A stretch of 64,000 bases of DNA, from positions 19,397 to 83,396 of IMG/VR virus record IMGVR_UViG_3300028030_000001; one strand, 5' to 3'. The stretch comes from a virus. Of this stretch, positions 39,810 through 48,505 are shown piece by piece; positions within the stretch are counted from its first letter, which is position 1; every line of letters begins with the position of its first letter. Both the position numbers and the translations under genes were made by a program. The notes below the pieces were generated by a model. It was not told the DNA's origin. It ran no database searches and worked only from the letters and a program-made list of their open reading frames with translations.

Positions 39810-40332
39810 CAAACATTTTCAAGTTTTGTTTCTACTTCATAAACTTCGCCATAATAAGTCTCAATTTCTTCTTCTATCAAGTCATCGAGCTTACTATGTG
39901 CCTCATCCGAATCTGAAGCGGTGACTGTGAATGTTTCCTGTGTGAAGTTGAACGGATCATCTTCATCATGATAGAACCTGACTATGAACTGAAATTCGTG
40001 CATGATTTTGCCTCCTTGTGTTATGTTTTTATCTCTCTTATGAGTTGTTTCACTTTCTGGTACGAACCTGGTTCGTACCACCAATCCTCCCCTGTAAGGT
40101 TGTTAGATATAGCCTGTAACACGAACTCTTTTGCATTGTTAAGCAACTGGAAATAAGCCACCTGTTTCCCGTTGTGCAGGCAAGTTACATAGTATGTATG
40201 ACCTGCCTCATGTATTCCGTAATCCATGTATGTCAGGCCATCTACAATTATGTGCCTGCCGTAATTCATGTGAATCTTGAAATTTTCTTGCTTAAAAGGT
40301 TCGTCTGGTATAGTATCATGTAGAATAGACAT
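39806..40332 (-). other. Two small early genes (39806..about 40003, acidic; 40021..about 40332)
   Basis: Each has a GGAGG RBS before an internal ATG (MHEFQ..., MSILHD...). Confidence 0.5.
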
Positions 40333-40363
40333 AATTTTACCTCCTGTAATATATGGTGTTGGT

Positions 40364-40636
40364 ATGGACGAAAACAAACCTGATTTTATTAGATATATTT
40401 CCTGGATTGCTCCGTTACTTGTCACAACAGTAATCGTCATCTACAATCTTATGTATGCAGTCAAAGCTGTATCAAAAATCGAGGTTCGACTTGAACAGCA
40501 GTTAGAGCGCATAAGAAGTGTAGAGCAGGAGCAACGGGACGCTGAAAAGCGTAATCATGTACATTACACAGAACTCAAGATAAAACTTGAGCATGTCGGG
40601 AACTTGTGCTGTTCTGAAATAGATTCGAACAAGTAG
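40364..40636 (+). CDS. Single-TM coiled-coil protein, lone plus-strand gene in the early region
   Basis: MDENKPDFIRYISWIAPLLVTTVIVIYNLMYAV followed by heptads. Fills a gap between minus-strand genes. Confidence 0.55.
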   Translation: MDENKPDFIRYISWIAPLLVTTVIVIYNLMYAVKAVSKIEVRLEQQLERIRSVEQEQRDAEKRNHVHYTELKIKLEHVGNLCCSEIDSNK

Positions 40637-40735
40637 TTGACATATTCTGTGCCTTGTTGTATTGTAGTTGTGTGTTTACGTCTCCTTTCGTTCACGCATA
40701 CGATCCTCCTCCGTATGTGGGCCGGTAATGCAATG

Positions 40736-41917
40736 TTACCGGCCAAATTTGTTTTGTAGAAAATCATTAACAATCTGTTTCACTTCATATTTTTCCGGTG
40801 AATCCCACCAGTTCCTTCCATTGTAACCTTTACTGATCAGAATCGAGACCAGTTTCCGAGCTTTGTTAAAAGTGGACAGTCTCACGACCAAGCTTCCTGT
40901 ATCAAGCAAGATTACGTTCCAGGGATGTTTAGTGTCATGATCTGCTTTGTATATTCCGTAACAACCGTAAACGTAACCGGAAACTTTTGTAGAATATTGT
41001 TTTGTGTTGCTAATGTGTGTCACACAGAAAGTTTCTTTTTTCTTCTTTTTACCATAATTTACATTCTTTATTGTCACGTTTGAACCTCCAAGTACCTGAT
41101 TTATCTTTATAAGTGTACAGTGTTCCATGATACTTCATTCGTTCCTTTATATAGTTATAGTCGATTGGTTTGTATGGTTTTACTGGATAATCAGGAACGA
41201 TAGCGTATGCGAACCAGAACAGCATTAAAACGTAAAACAGAAATATAGAAGCGATTACTATATTTTTTATGTGTTGCATGATTTACCCTCTCACGAAAAA
41301 GTTTGAGTAATATTCCTGTAACCCTCTATAGTTTCCTTGCTTGTACATCTTGTATGCATTTATCGGTTTCGTTACTGGTGCAGATACTCTTTTGTAACCT
41401 GCTTTAGTAACTGTTTCGTATATGTACTTGAACAAGTTTACGTTAAACTTCTTTTCTGTGTATTCTTCTTTTTCTTCTTCAGTTAGTGGTTCATCTTCTT
41501 GCCAGATAACGAATACGTTATCTTGATGTGGACTTGGTTGTGAGTGTGACGTGAAGTGGCACTGTTTCGGTATGGATTGTAAGTGTTTGTGAAGTTCGTG
41601 CGGGTTTATGTCAGTTACGTCTAACGACTTAGTAACTGATTTAGTCTTTGGCATGTTTCGGTTTATTTTGTTAATCAGCTTGTTAGCGGCATAGATTATG
41701 TAATCTGCATGTACCTGGTCACTCATGATTTAAGCTCCTCATACGTTTTGTCTATAAGTTCTATAGCTTTTTCCAGATTTGTGAAATCTTCATCATTAGG
41801 AACGCACTTCGTTCCGTCTGAAGCTCTACAGGCAAGAATCTGTTCCATAGCCTCTTTAGTAATCTGCAACGTATGAAACAGTAGAGCGTATGGAGTGTTT
41901 GATGTGTTGTTCTGCAT
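40736..41917 (-). other. Cluster of small early genes (40736.., 41049..41279 with a TM segment, 41283..41726, 41723..41917)
   Basis: Co-oriented, overlapping short ORFs. Confidence 0.5.
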
Positions 41918-42055
41918 ATTTTTACTCCTTTCATAAAGTGGGGCAGGAACGGTTATGTATGTTGGTTTGTTCCTGCCCTACCACACACAGGAGACACTTA
42001 TAATGTTTTGTATGTTGTGTCAGGTGTCACAATTTATGACACTGTTTGATATGTT

Positions 42056-42787
42056 TCAGGCAGGAACGATTACATAACCTGCCTTCCTGAACGCATTAAC
42101 CATCATTTTTTCAGGATTATCAGTAAAAAACGTACTATGCTCATGCATAGGCAAATACTTTGTCATGTCATAAAGTTGTTCAGCTACCGCTTCAGATTCT
42201 GTCAGAATATCTCCATAAATCGGAATCGTTTCAAGGTCTGCTTCAGTAACAGACCTTTCTTCTGATACGAACTTTGACACGACCATCCACGCATCCGAAT
42301 CACAGCATGTTTCCGATTCTGTAAGCACTTCCGCTACATATTCCTGAATATTTATGCTTTTTAATGTGAGATATGCTGTTATATCCTGTGTTACCGCTTG
42401 TACGAACGGAGTAGCTTCTCTCAGAAATTCTGATAGGTTCAAATAATGTTCAGCTACCGGACTTGTAGATATTATATCGTGATATATAGAAGTTATCTCA
42501 CTGCACGGGCCATATTTTCTGCCCCAGGCACAGTTATTGAGGCAATCATGATATGATGGTACTTCCACACAGAACGGGCATATATCAGAATCGTAATTGT
42601 ATATCGGGTCTGTTATGTAACAGAGTATGTTTTTGATAAAGATCGGAAGTGAATCGGGTTCGGATTCGATGTGTTGTTGGACGATAGTTGAGTAGAAGTG
42701 TTTTCCTATTTTGTTGTCGATATACTTCTGGATATGTTTCGATTTCTGTTTCATGAATATAGTAGCGACTGCTTTATGTGTTTGCAT
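42056..42787 (-). CDS. Cys-cluster protein, paralog family copy 2
   Basis: FMKQK...DSDICPFC...CLNNCAWGRKYGPC...SIY...PEKMMVNAFRKAGY. Confidence 0.7.
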   Translation of the reverse strand: MQTHKAVATIFMKQKSKHIQKYIDNKIGKHFYSTIVQQHIESEPDSLPIFIKNILCYITDPIYNYDSDICPFCVEVPSYHDCLNNCAWGRKYGPCSEITSIYHDIISTSPVAEHYLNLSEFLREATPFVQAVTQDITAYLTLKSINIQEYVAEVLTESETCCDSDAWMVVSKFVSEERSVTEADLETIPIYGDILTESEAVAEQLYDMTKYLPMHEHSTFFTDNPEKMMVNAFRKAGYVIVPA

Positions 42788-42951
42788 AGTTCTATAGTCT
42801 CCCTATGTAATTGTTTGATTCGTCTCTGATTTCGATTACGAACTGGTTAGTATCTGTTTCAGTTACGGTATATGACCAGTTGTTGTCCTCTGACTGGATT
42901 TGTTGTTTAACTTGTTCGGCTTGTTCGTATGTAGGGAAGTATGTTGTATAA

Positions 42952-43323
42952 TCAGGTATTAATGGCATAGTCTGTGTCCTCTACATGGTCTTCAAGATAA
43001 TCAGTTATCGAATCGTAAGCGTAATCTTCTTTGAGTCTGTCCTTTACTCTTTGGTATAACGAATTCTCAATCAGACAGTAACCAAACTCTTTACCAAATT
43101 CGCATTTATGGCAATGAAAGGCGTCTGTTACATACTTTATACAGAATGGACATATTGTAGTGTCATACTGTTCTGCCAGGTTTCTAGTATTGTTTACAAG
43201 TTTTTCGGCTATATCAGGGTTTTGTTGTAGAAATGTTATAGTTATGTCTGAGGCAAAGGCAGGTTCATCGAGCATAGACGCTTTCCATTTCATAAACTGG
43301 ATTGCTTGTGTTGTGGTGTACAT
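42952..43323 (-). CDS. Cys-cluster protein, paralog family copy 3 (short form)
   Basis: FMKWK...DTTICPFC...CHKCEFGKEFGYC...SLY. Confidence 0.7.
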   Translation of the reverse strand: MYTTTQAIQFMKWKASMLDEPAFASDITITFLQQNPDIAEKLVNNTRNLAEQYDTTICPFCIKYVTDAFHCHKCEFGKEFGYCLIENSLYQRVKDRLKEDYAYDSITDYLEDHVEDTDYAINT

Positions 43324-43424
43324 AATCTGTCTCCTTCTGTGTGTTGTGTGGTGTGTGTGTTGTGTGTGTTATATGTCATAATTTGTGACACTTGGTGTGT
43401 GTTGTGTTGTGTTTGTGTGTTATA

Positions 43425-43516
43425 CGCCCCAGATTCGCTCAGAATCGTTTTATGTGACTGATGTATAGTCTGGCATGTTTCTGGAGCGTGCGTTGATTCT
43501 GAGCGAATCTGGAGCG
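43425..43516. repeat. Long hairpin element, copy 1
   Basis: Arms CAGATTCGCTCAGAATC / GATTCTGAGCGAATCTG. Second copy at 46705-46795. Confidence 0.8.
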
Positions 43517-43524
43517 GATCGGGG

Positions 43525-44121
43525 TTAATATGTGTACTTGTCCTGAAGCTCGGCTACAAAGGATTCACACTCTTCATCGAGCTTGTCTGTGTCGGCGTCT
43601 GGACACTTTTCATCCAGTTCGTCAAGGAAATCTTTGACAAGTTCTCGTATGTTCTCAATGTGTTCCTCTACAATATCTCTTGCCTCATGCTCTATGTAGA
43701 GAGCAATGGCTGTCATGCCGTTGTTTTCCCTGGGATTGTCACCGATTCCGGCGTTTTCATAGGCTTGTTCAAGTTCGCAGGAATGAAGATACCATGTATC
43801 TTCTATCTCTTTTGTGTAGATGGGTGTGTTCGAAGCGGCATAAGATATGATTGTGTCGAATATATCTTCCGGTATGCCTTCTTCCTGCGCTAATTCGTCA
43901 AGTTCGTCATAAGTGTCTGGCATGTTCGTGAGAAAATCATCGACCACTTCCTCTGCCGTGTCCTTTACTCGTTGGTTGAGTGTATCCTGTATTTCTACGA
44001 GTTGGATATTTTCTGGCCTGGTTTCTCGATTGATTTCGTGGAAAGTGTTTCGTTGCTCGGGTGTAAGGCTGTTTATGAGGTAATCATAGGCTTTGTAGGT
44101 GATGTTTGCATAGTGTTCCAT
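43525..44121 (-). CDS. Highly acidic early protein, possible Ocr-like DNA mimic
   Basis: Very D/E-rich. IISYAASNTPIYTKEI resembles Ocr IHMAADNAVPHYYADI. Strong promoter immediately upstream. Confidence 0.5.
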   Translation of the reverse strand: MEHYANITYKAYDYLINSLTPEQRNTFHEINRETRPENIQLVEIQDTLNQRVKDTAEEVVDDFLTNMPDTYDELDELAQEEGIPEDIFDTIISYAASNTPIYTKEIEDTWYLHSCELEQAYENAGIGDNPRENNGMTAIALYIEHEARDIVEEHIENIRELVKDFLDELDEKCPDADTDKLDEECESFVAELQDKYTY

Positions 44122-44157
44122 AGTTTTTGTCTCCTTTCTTGTTGTGTGTTGCGTGTT

Positions 44158-44186
44158 AACATAGTTTGTTGTTTACGTTCTGTCAA
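44158..44186 (-). promoter_or_regulatory. sigma70-type early promoter abutting a palindrome copy
   Basis: TTGACA-GAACGTAAACAACAAAC-TATGTT, with a palindrome at 44188 just upstream of the -35. Confidence 0.75.
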
Positions 44187-44205
44187 GTGTCACAATTTGT
44201 GACAC

Positions 44206-44484
44206 TCAGTGAATTGTGCTGATGGCTATTAGTGGTTCCCTGGTTGACCTGTCCTGAATCTCGATCACGTAACCTTCCATATAGTTGAAGTCTTTTTCGA
44301 TTCGGATTTTTCCTTTCGAATGTTCTGAAAGGATTCCAAGTTCACGGAGTGTTTTTGCTATCTTTTGAGAAGATATATCAGGGTCAAAGTGTGTTAGCTC
44401 TGCTATTGGAAAATAATTGTTCCAATACCATGAATTGTCTGAATCTCTCCATGCATCTATTGACAGAATCTTAGGTTTTTTCAT
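44206..44484 (-). CDS. Hypothetical early protein
   Basis: AGGAG RBS; SIDAWRD..W.WN motif. Confidence 0.6.
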   Translation of the reverse strand: MKKPKILSIDAWRDSDNSWYWNNYFPIAELTHFDPDISSQKIAKTLRELGILSEHSKGKIRIEKDFNYMEGYVIEIQDRSTREPLIAISTIH

Positions 44485-45542
44485 AGTTTTTTCTCCTTTT
44501 ATTTCAGGTAGTTATAAAGTTTTGGTAATATGACGGAAATAATTTGCGTTTTTAGAAATTTTTGTATGAATCTCCGTTAGTTATAAACTAACGTATAAGA
44601 ATGACCATTTACGGAACGTAAACAGGTTCGGTTTTGTTAATGATTTTGGACTGTTGTGGATTGGGGACGAAATGTGTCTTTGTTTGCTTTATGTAAAAAA
44701 GTGTGATTTGTTAATGTTTGTAAGTGTGTGTTTTTATTGTTAATGTTAGAAAATGTGTTAGAAATTTTTGAAAACTAACAATGCCTGCACATTTTTATGT
44801 TTTCAGACTGTAAATGTGTTTTGTTCGTGTTATGTGCTGTTGTAGTGTTGTCAAAATGTTTGTATGTTAGATTTAGTTAATTTTTTCTGAATAATGTAGA
44901 AGAAAATAAAAAAATTGTATATTTAGGTGTTTAATTTTTTATTTATATGGGAAGGGGTAGGGAGTCAAAAACGGGATACCTCGCATTATTTAAGTTCGCA
45001 CAATTCTTGCTTGAATTGTTAAGTGTACGAAACCATTACTAAATAAGCTTGTTAAAAGTGGAAATATCGTTTACAGTTTGTAAAAAAGAGGTCTTTTAAA
45101 AATAACGGATTTTTCACTTTCTAACATTCGAGCTTTTTACACATAGTTTCATATAGAAAATTAAAGAAATAGCGTTTACAAACTGTAAAGTGAAAAACGT
45201 GTGCAAAAATTGCATATTAACAATTTCGTAACATAAGTTTTATATAAGAAATTCGTTAGAAGTTGTTTACGGATTGTTTTTGTGTTAAATTTGTGTTAAA
45301 TTTGTTTTTGTAAAAAATGGCCGATTTTTTCTTGTAAAATCAGCCGCTTACATTTTCTAACACTTTTTCTAACATTTTTCTAATCCGTCTTCTGATACAC
45401 TTTTTGATACATTTTCCGGCACGACTCGGAATCAGAAACTGAGTTTTGCATAGAATCACGAGCGGAAACTGGGTTTTGACAAGAATTCTGGCCGGAATCG
45501 GGAACGGAATCGGAACGGGAACGGGAACGGAATCTGATTAGC

Positions 45543-45772
45543 TCGGAATCGGAAAATTTGCATAGATTTTTAGTAAGAAAATTCAACACTTACAATTTCA
45601 GTGCGAATTTTCTAACACTTTTTTTCATTTTCTAACACTTTTTCTAACTCGAATCGGAATCGGAAAATTTATATAGATTTTTAGTAAGAAAATCAAACAC
45701 TTGCATTTTCTATGCGAATTTTCTAACACTTTTTTCCATTTTCTAACACTTTTTCTAACCCGAATCGGAATC
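45543..45772. repeat. Tandem duplication of about 111 bp containing TTTTCTAAC iteron-like units
   Basis: Units start at 45543 and 45654, with a third partial unit at about 45765. More TTTCTAAC copies near 45118 and 45353-45375, and inverted copies near 44745-44765. Confidence 0.85.
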
Positions 45773-45841
45773 TGATTAGTTCCAGGTTCAGTCAGGAAAC
45801 TTGCATAGGATCAGGATCAGGAACTGAACCTGGAACGGGAT

Positions 45842-45982
45842 TTAATTCTTGACGGGGCATATTTCAGCCCATGAGCATTTGCATATTCCAAGCATACATT
45901 TCATGAACCGCTCTGAAGAACAGAGCGGAACATATTTCATAGTTTCCGAACCATCTTTTATGTGAACATACTTAATACTCAT
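45842..45982 (-). CDS. Small Cys-rich protein (46 aa)
   Basis: Not in the ORF track. MSIKYVHIKDG...CSSERFMKCMLGICKCSWAEICPVKN, with an AAGGAGAC RBS. Confidence 0.45.
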   Translation of the reverse strand: MSIKYVHIKDGSETMKYVPLCSSERFMKCMLGICKCSWAEICPVKN

Positions 45983-46047
45983 AACCTGTCTCCTTCCGTG
46001 TGTCACAATTTGTGACAGTCTGCATAAACCGTCACAATTTGTGACAG

Positions 46048-46311
46048 TTATGCGTTCTTAATCACAATACGGTCGTCTTCCCGCTCTATAACATAGTCGG
46101 GATAGTCTGGATAACCGTATTTAGCCTCTTCACCGGACGGCTCCCCGATATAGACCTGTACCGGGGCGGGATTCTGCCCCCATCGGTCACATTCATAGCA
46201 GAAGTTGCCATAATCATCCATAAGTTCCATTACGGAATTGAATGATATTGCCGGACGGGGATAAGGGCATGTGTCCGGCAGGACTGAGAATTCAGGTGCA
46301 TAAATTTTCAT
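46048..46311 (-). CDS. Hypothetical early protein flanked by palindromes
   Basis: CACGAAAGGAGAC RBS; YGYPDYPD motif. Confidence 0.6.
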   Translation of the reverse strand: MKIYAPEFSVLPDTCPYPRPAISFNSVMELMDDYGNFCYECDRWGQNPAPVQVYIGEPSGEEAKYGYPDYPDYVIEREDDRIVIKNA

Positions 46312-46418
46312 GATTCTGTCTCCTTTCGTGTTAGTGTCACAAATTGTGACAAGCGTGGATTCAGTAGCTGATTTTGCATAGAATCCTGGCCTGTCACAAT
46401 TTGTGACGATATTTCAGG

Positions 46419-46679
46419 TTACATAGGGTTCCAATTCAAACCCTTAGCCTTATCCATAGAGATTGTATCTCTATGGAAGGATTCCGGCATACCTGGAATT
46501 CTTGTGTCTATCCCCTCTTTGCGGAGCTTTTCAGCCCGCAAGGACGAGTTGATAGACTTACCATCATACGGACACCATGCTAACCACATAGTGCCCATGT
46601 TTTTGAATACCTTGCCGCCTGAGACGACAAATGATCTTGTTTCACCCTTGGTCACTTTCGCACCATCGTGAATTTTCAT
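46419..46679 (-). CDS. Hypothetical early protein
   Basis: AAAGGAGAC RBS. Confidence 0.55.
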   Translation of the reverse strand: MKIHDGAKVTKGETRSFVVSGGKVFKNMGTMWLAWCPYDGKSINSSLRAEKLRKEGIDTRIPGMPESFHRDTISMDKAKGLNWNPM

Positions 46680-46704
46680 ATTATGTCTCCTTTGTGTTTA
46701 ATTT

Positions 46705-46795
46705 GCCCTCAGATTCGCTCAGAATCGGTTTTATGGCCTGGGACATAGTTAGGTTTATGTCTTGGCCTTGAGTCGATTATGAGCGAATCTGGGGC
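46705..46795. repeat. Long hairpin element, copy 2
   Basis: Same arms as 43425-43516, different centre. Confidence 0.8.
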
Positions 46796-46824
46796 GGGTT
46801 TGGGTGGGGGTTTATGGTAAGATT

Positions 46825-46891
46825 TGGTCAAGGCAGGAGTCGAACCTGCAAAGGCACAGATTAGTGCCGCTCCGTACCGCACGGCATGACC
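46825..46891 (-). ncRNA. Non-canonical tRNA-like RNA
   Basis: Acceptor GGTCATG/CTTGACC-A (one mismatch), T-arm GCAGG-TTCGACT-CCTGC, and GGCAC/GTGCC stem with a 6-nt loop. D-arm is weak. Confidence 0.5.
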
Positions 46892-46978
46892 GTTTCAGGG
46901 CGGAATTACTCCAACTGCCCCTACACCGGAAACTTACCGGCATAGCTCTGTATTAACGCCCTGTGAGCGTGGCGTATA

Positions 46979-47050
46979 GTATCCAGGCACACCGAGCCAG
47001 GTTTGTCCCTTCTCAGGGGCCTGTACAGGATTCGAACCTGTCCTGGATAC
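46979..47050 (-). ncRNA. Permuted tRNA-like (YrlA Y-RNA-like topology) structured RNA candidate
   Basis: Closing stem GTATCCAGG/CCTGGATAC encloses the T-arm ACAGG-TTCGAAT-CCTGT and a GAGA-capped stem. Confidence 0.4.
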
Positions 47051-47192
47051 CTGTAAAGTGTCATAATTTATGACGGTTAGCATATTTTTAGCCGTCATAA
47101 ATTATGACACCTTGAAGGTGTCTGGTTATGAGCGCAGCCTTGCCTGCGCTCGGTTGTATGGATTAAGCCCCTGGCAAGGCATGGGCATATTA

Positions 47193-47443
47193 TTACTCAG
47201 AATAATAGTCTGCTCCACAAACAGGGCAGATCATATAGTCATCTTCATGTTTGCCGCCTTGGTCCACATTAGTTTCAGAACAGCAAGCATAACAAAAAGT
47301 ATGTCCGCAGGAAGGGCATATCTTTTCTGCATACTCATGGCCGCCGCCAGGACGGCAAGCCACCGTAAACCAGGGGCAGCAACCTGCCACGTCAGGGCAG
47401 GGTCCGTTAGTCGGGCATTCTGTTCCGCAGTATATCGTTTTCA
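47193..47443 (-). CDS. Cys-rich zinc-binding protein
   Basis: CPSCGH, CYACC and CPVCGA motifs; AAAGGAGAC RBS. Confidence 0.6.
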
Positions 47444-47588
47444 TTTTTAGTCTCCTTTCAATTTCAGGCACAGGGGCAAGGTGCGCCTATGATTTTATTA
47501 CCCTGCCTTGCCAGGGCATAGTGCCATAAATTATGACACTTACTTGTTGTGTAGCAAGTGTCATAATTTATGGCACTATGAGGTGTCT

Positions 47589-47789
47589 GTTACAAGGCGC
47601 AACATGCCGCAAGCCTTGTTTCCGGCATAGTGGGTTGAGTCTGGATATTATTCAGACTCAACCCATATTATATCAAGTCCGTGTTCATCGGACTGGACTA
47701 TAATCGGAGTGTAACCTTTCATTGCACATTCCCTCCGTGTTAAAGGTTACAGGACGCAAGCCGCAAGTCCTGTTTCCGGCATCGGGTTG
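47589..47789. repeat. Two copies of a pseudoknot-forming motif of about 45 nt (47589-47638 and 47746-47789)
   Basis: Shared scaffold with compensatory changes in stem 1. Confidence 0.7.
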
Positions 47790-47878
47790 TTACCCTTTCA
47801 TTAGCCTGTCACAATTATGACAGGCTAATGAAAGGGGGCAGCCCCGTGGAGCGGGGCTGCCTGTTATGGAAACCGGCT

Positions 47879-48439
47879 CTAAATGAGGCCGGTTTCCCTC
47901 ATATGCGCTTCTATCGTATGATAGAAGCGCACCTTATCCTGAGAGGACAAGGTGTTAAATGCCGCAAATAGTGCGGCAACGTCGTTATTAGAGGCAGGCT
48001 TGTTGTCTGCCTCTTTTGTCTCATTGTTAGAGGCAGACTTATTGTCCGCCTTTTTGCCTGCCTTTTTGAGCTTAGTAGGGGCAGGTTTATCACCTGCCTC
48101 TTTTGCCTCTATTACAGCCATTGCCCGTTTAAGAGCAGTAGTGTGATTTCCGAATGAGGCAGGGTTTATCCCTGCCTTAACACATTCTCTGTATGCTTTA
48201 AGGGCGGCACTCTTGTACCGCCTCAGTAATGACCGGCTTTTGCCGGTCAATTCCTTTTGAAGTGTGGAAAGCTCCCTTTCCGCAACTTTATCACCCTGCT
48301 GGCACACGAAATGCCAGCACAAGGAACTGAGATTAGATACCGCACGACCTGCCTCTTGTGCGGCAACCTTAATGTCGTTAATCTCTATCACAGGGCGGCA
48401 GCCCTGAGTTTCGTCGTAATACTGTTTTAGAGTCTTCAT
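47879..48439 (-). CDS. First gene of the leftward (early) arm; basic hypothetical protein
   Basis: GGAGG RBS before MKTLKQ. Internal ADNK(S/P)ASNN duplication. GC-rich hairpin just downstream, at about 47837-47861. Confidence 0.65.
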   Translation of the reverse strand: MKTLKQYYDETQGCRPVIEINDIKVAAQEAGRAVSNLSSLCWHFVCQQGDKVAERELSTLQKELTGKSRSLLRRYKSAALKAYRECVKAGINPASFGNHTTALKRAMAVIEAKEAGDKPAPTKLKKAGKKADNKSASNNETKEADNKPASNNDVAALFAAFNTLSSQDKVRFYHTIEAHMRETGLI

Positions 48440-48489
48440 GGTAATACCTCCTGAGTTTTGGTTAATGTTTAATGCCATTGCCTGATTAG

Positions 48490-48505
48490 TGTTTCACGTG
48501 AAACA
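48490..48505. promoter_or_regulatory. Perfect parS palindrome TGTTTCACGTGAAACA
   Basis: Exact canonical parS, intergenic, enclosed by a 24-bp inverted repeat (48469-48492 / 48522-48545). Confidence 0.85.

Noticed and set aside
45380-45589. 69-aa ORF in the repeat tract
   Set aside because: Low-complexity translation of hexamer repeats with no RBS.
46825-46891. Canonical decoding tRNA
   Set aside because: It has a 6-nt anticodon loop, a poor D-arm and an acceptor mismatch, so no anticodon can be assigned. Kept only as tRNA-like.
47589-47789. Known self-cleaving ribozyme (hammerhead, twister, HDV/theta)
   Set aside because: The conserved catalytic cores were not found by eye. Retained as an unassigned pseudoknot.
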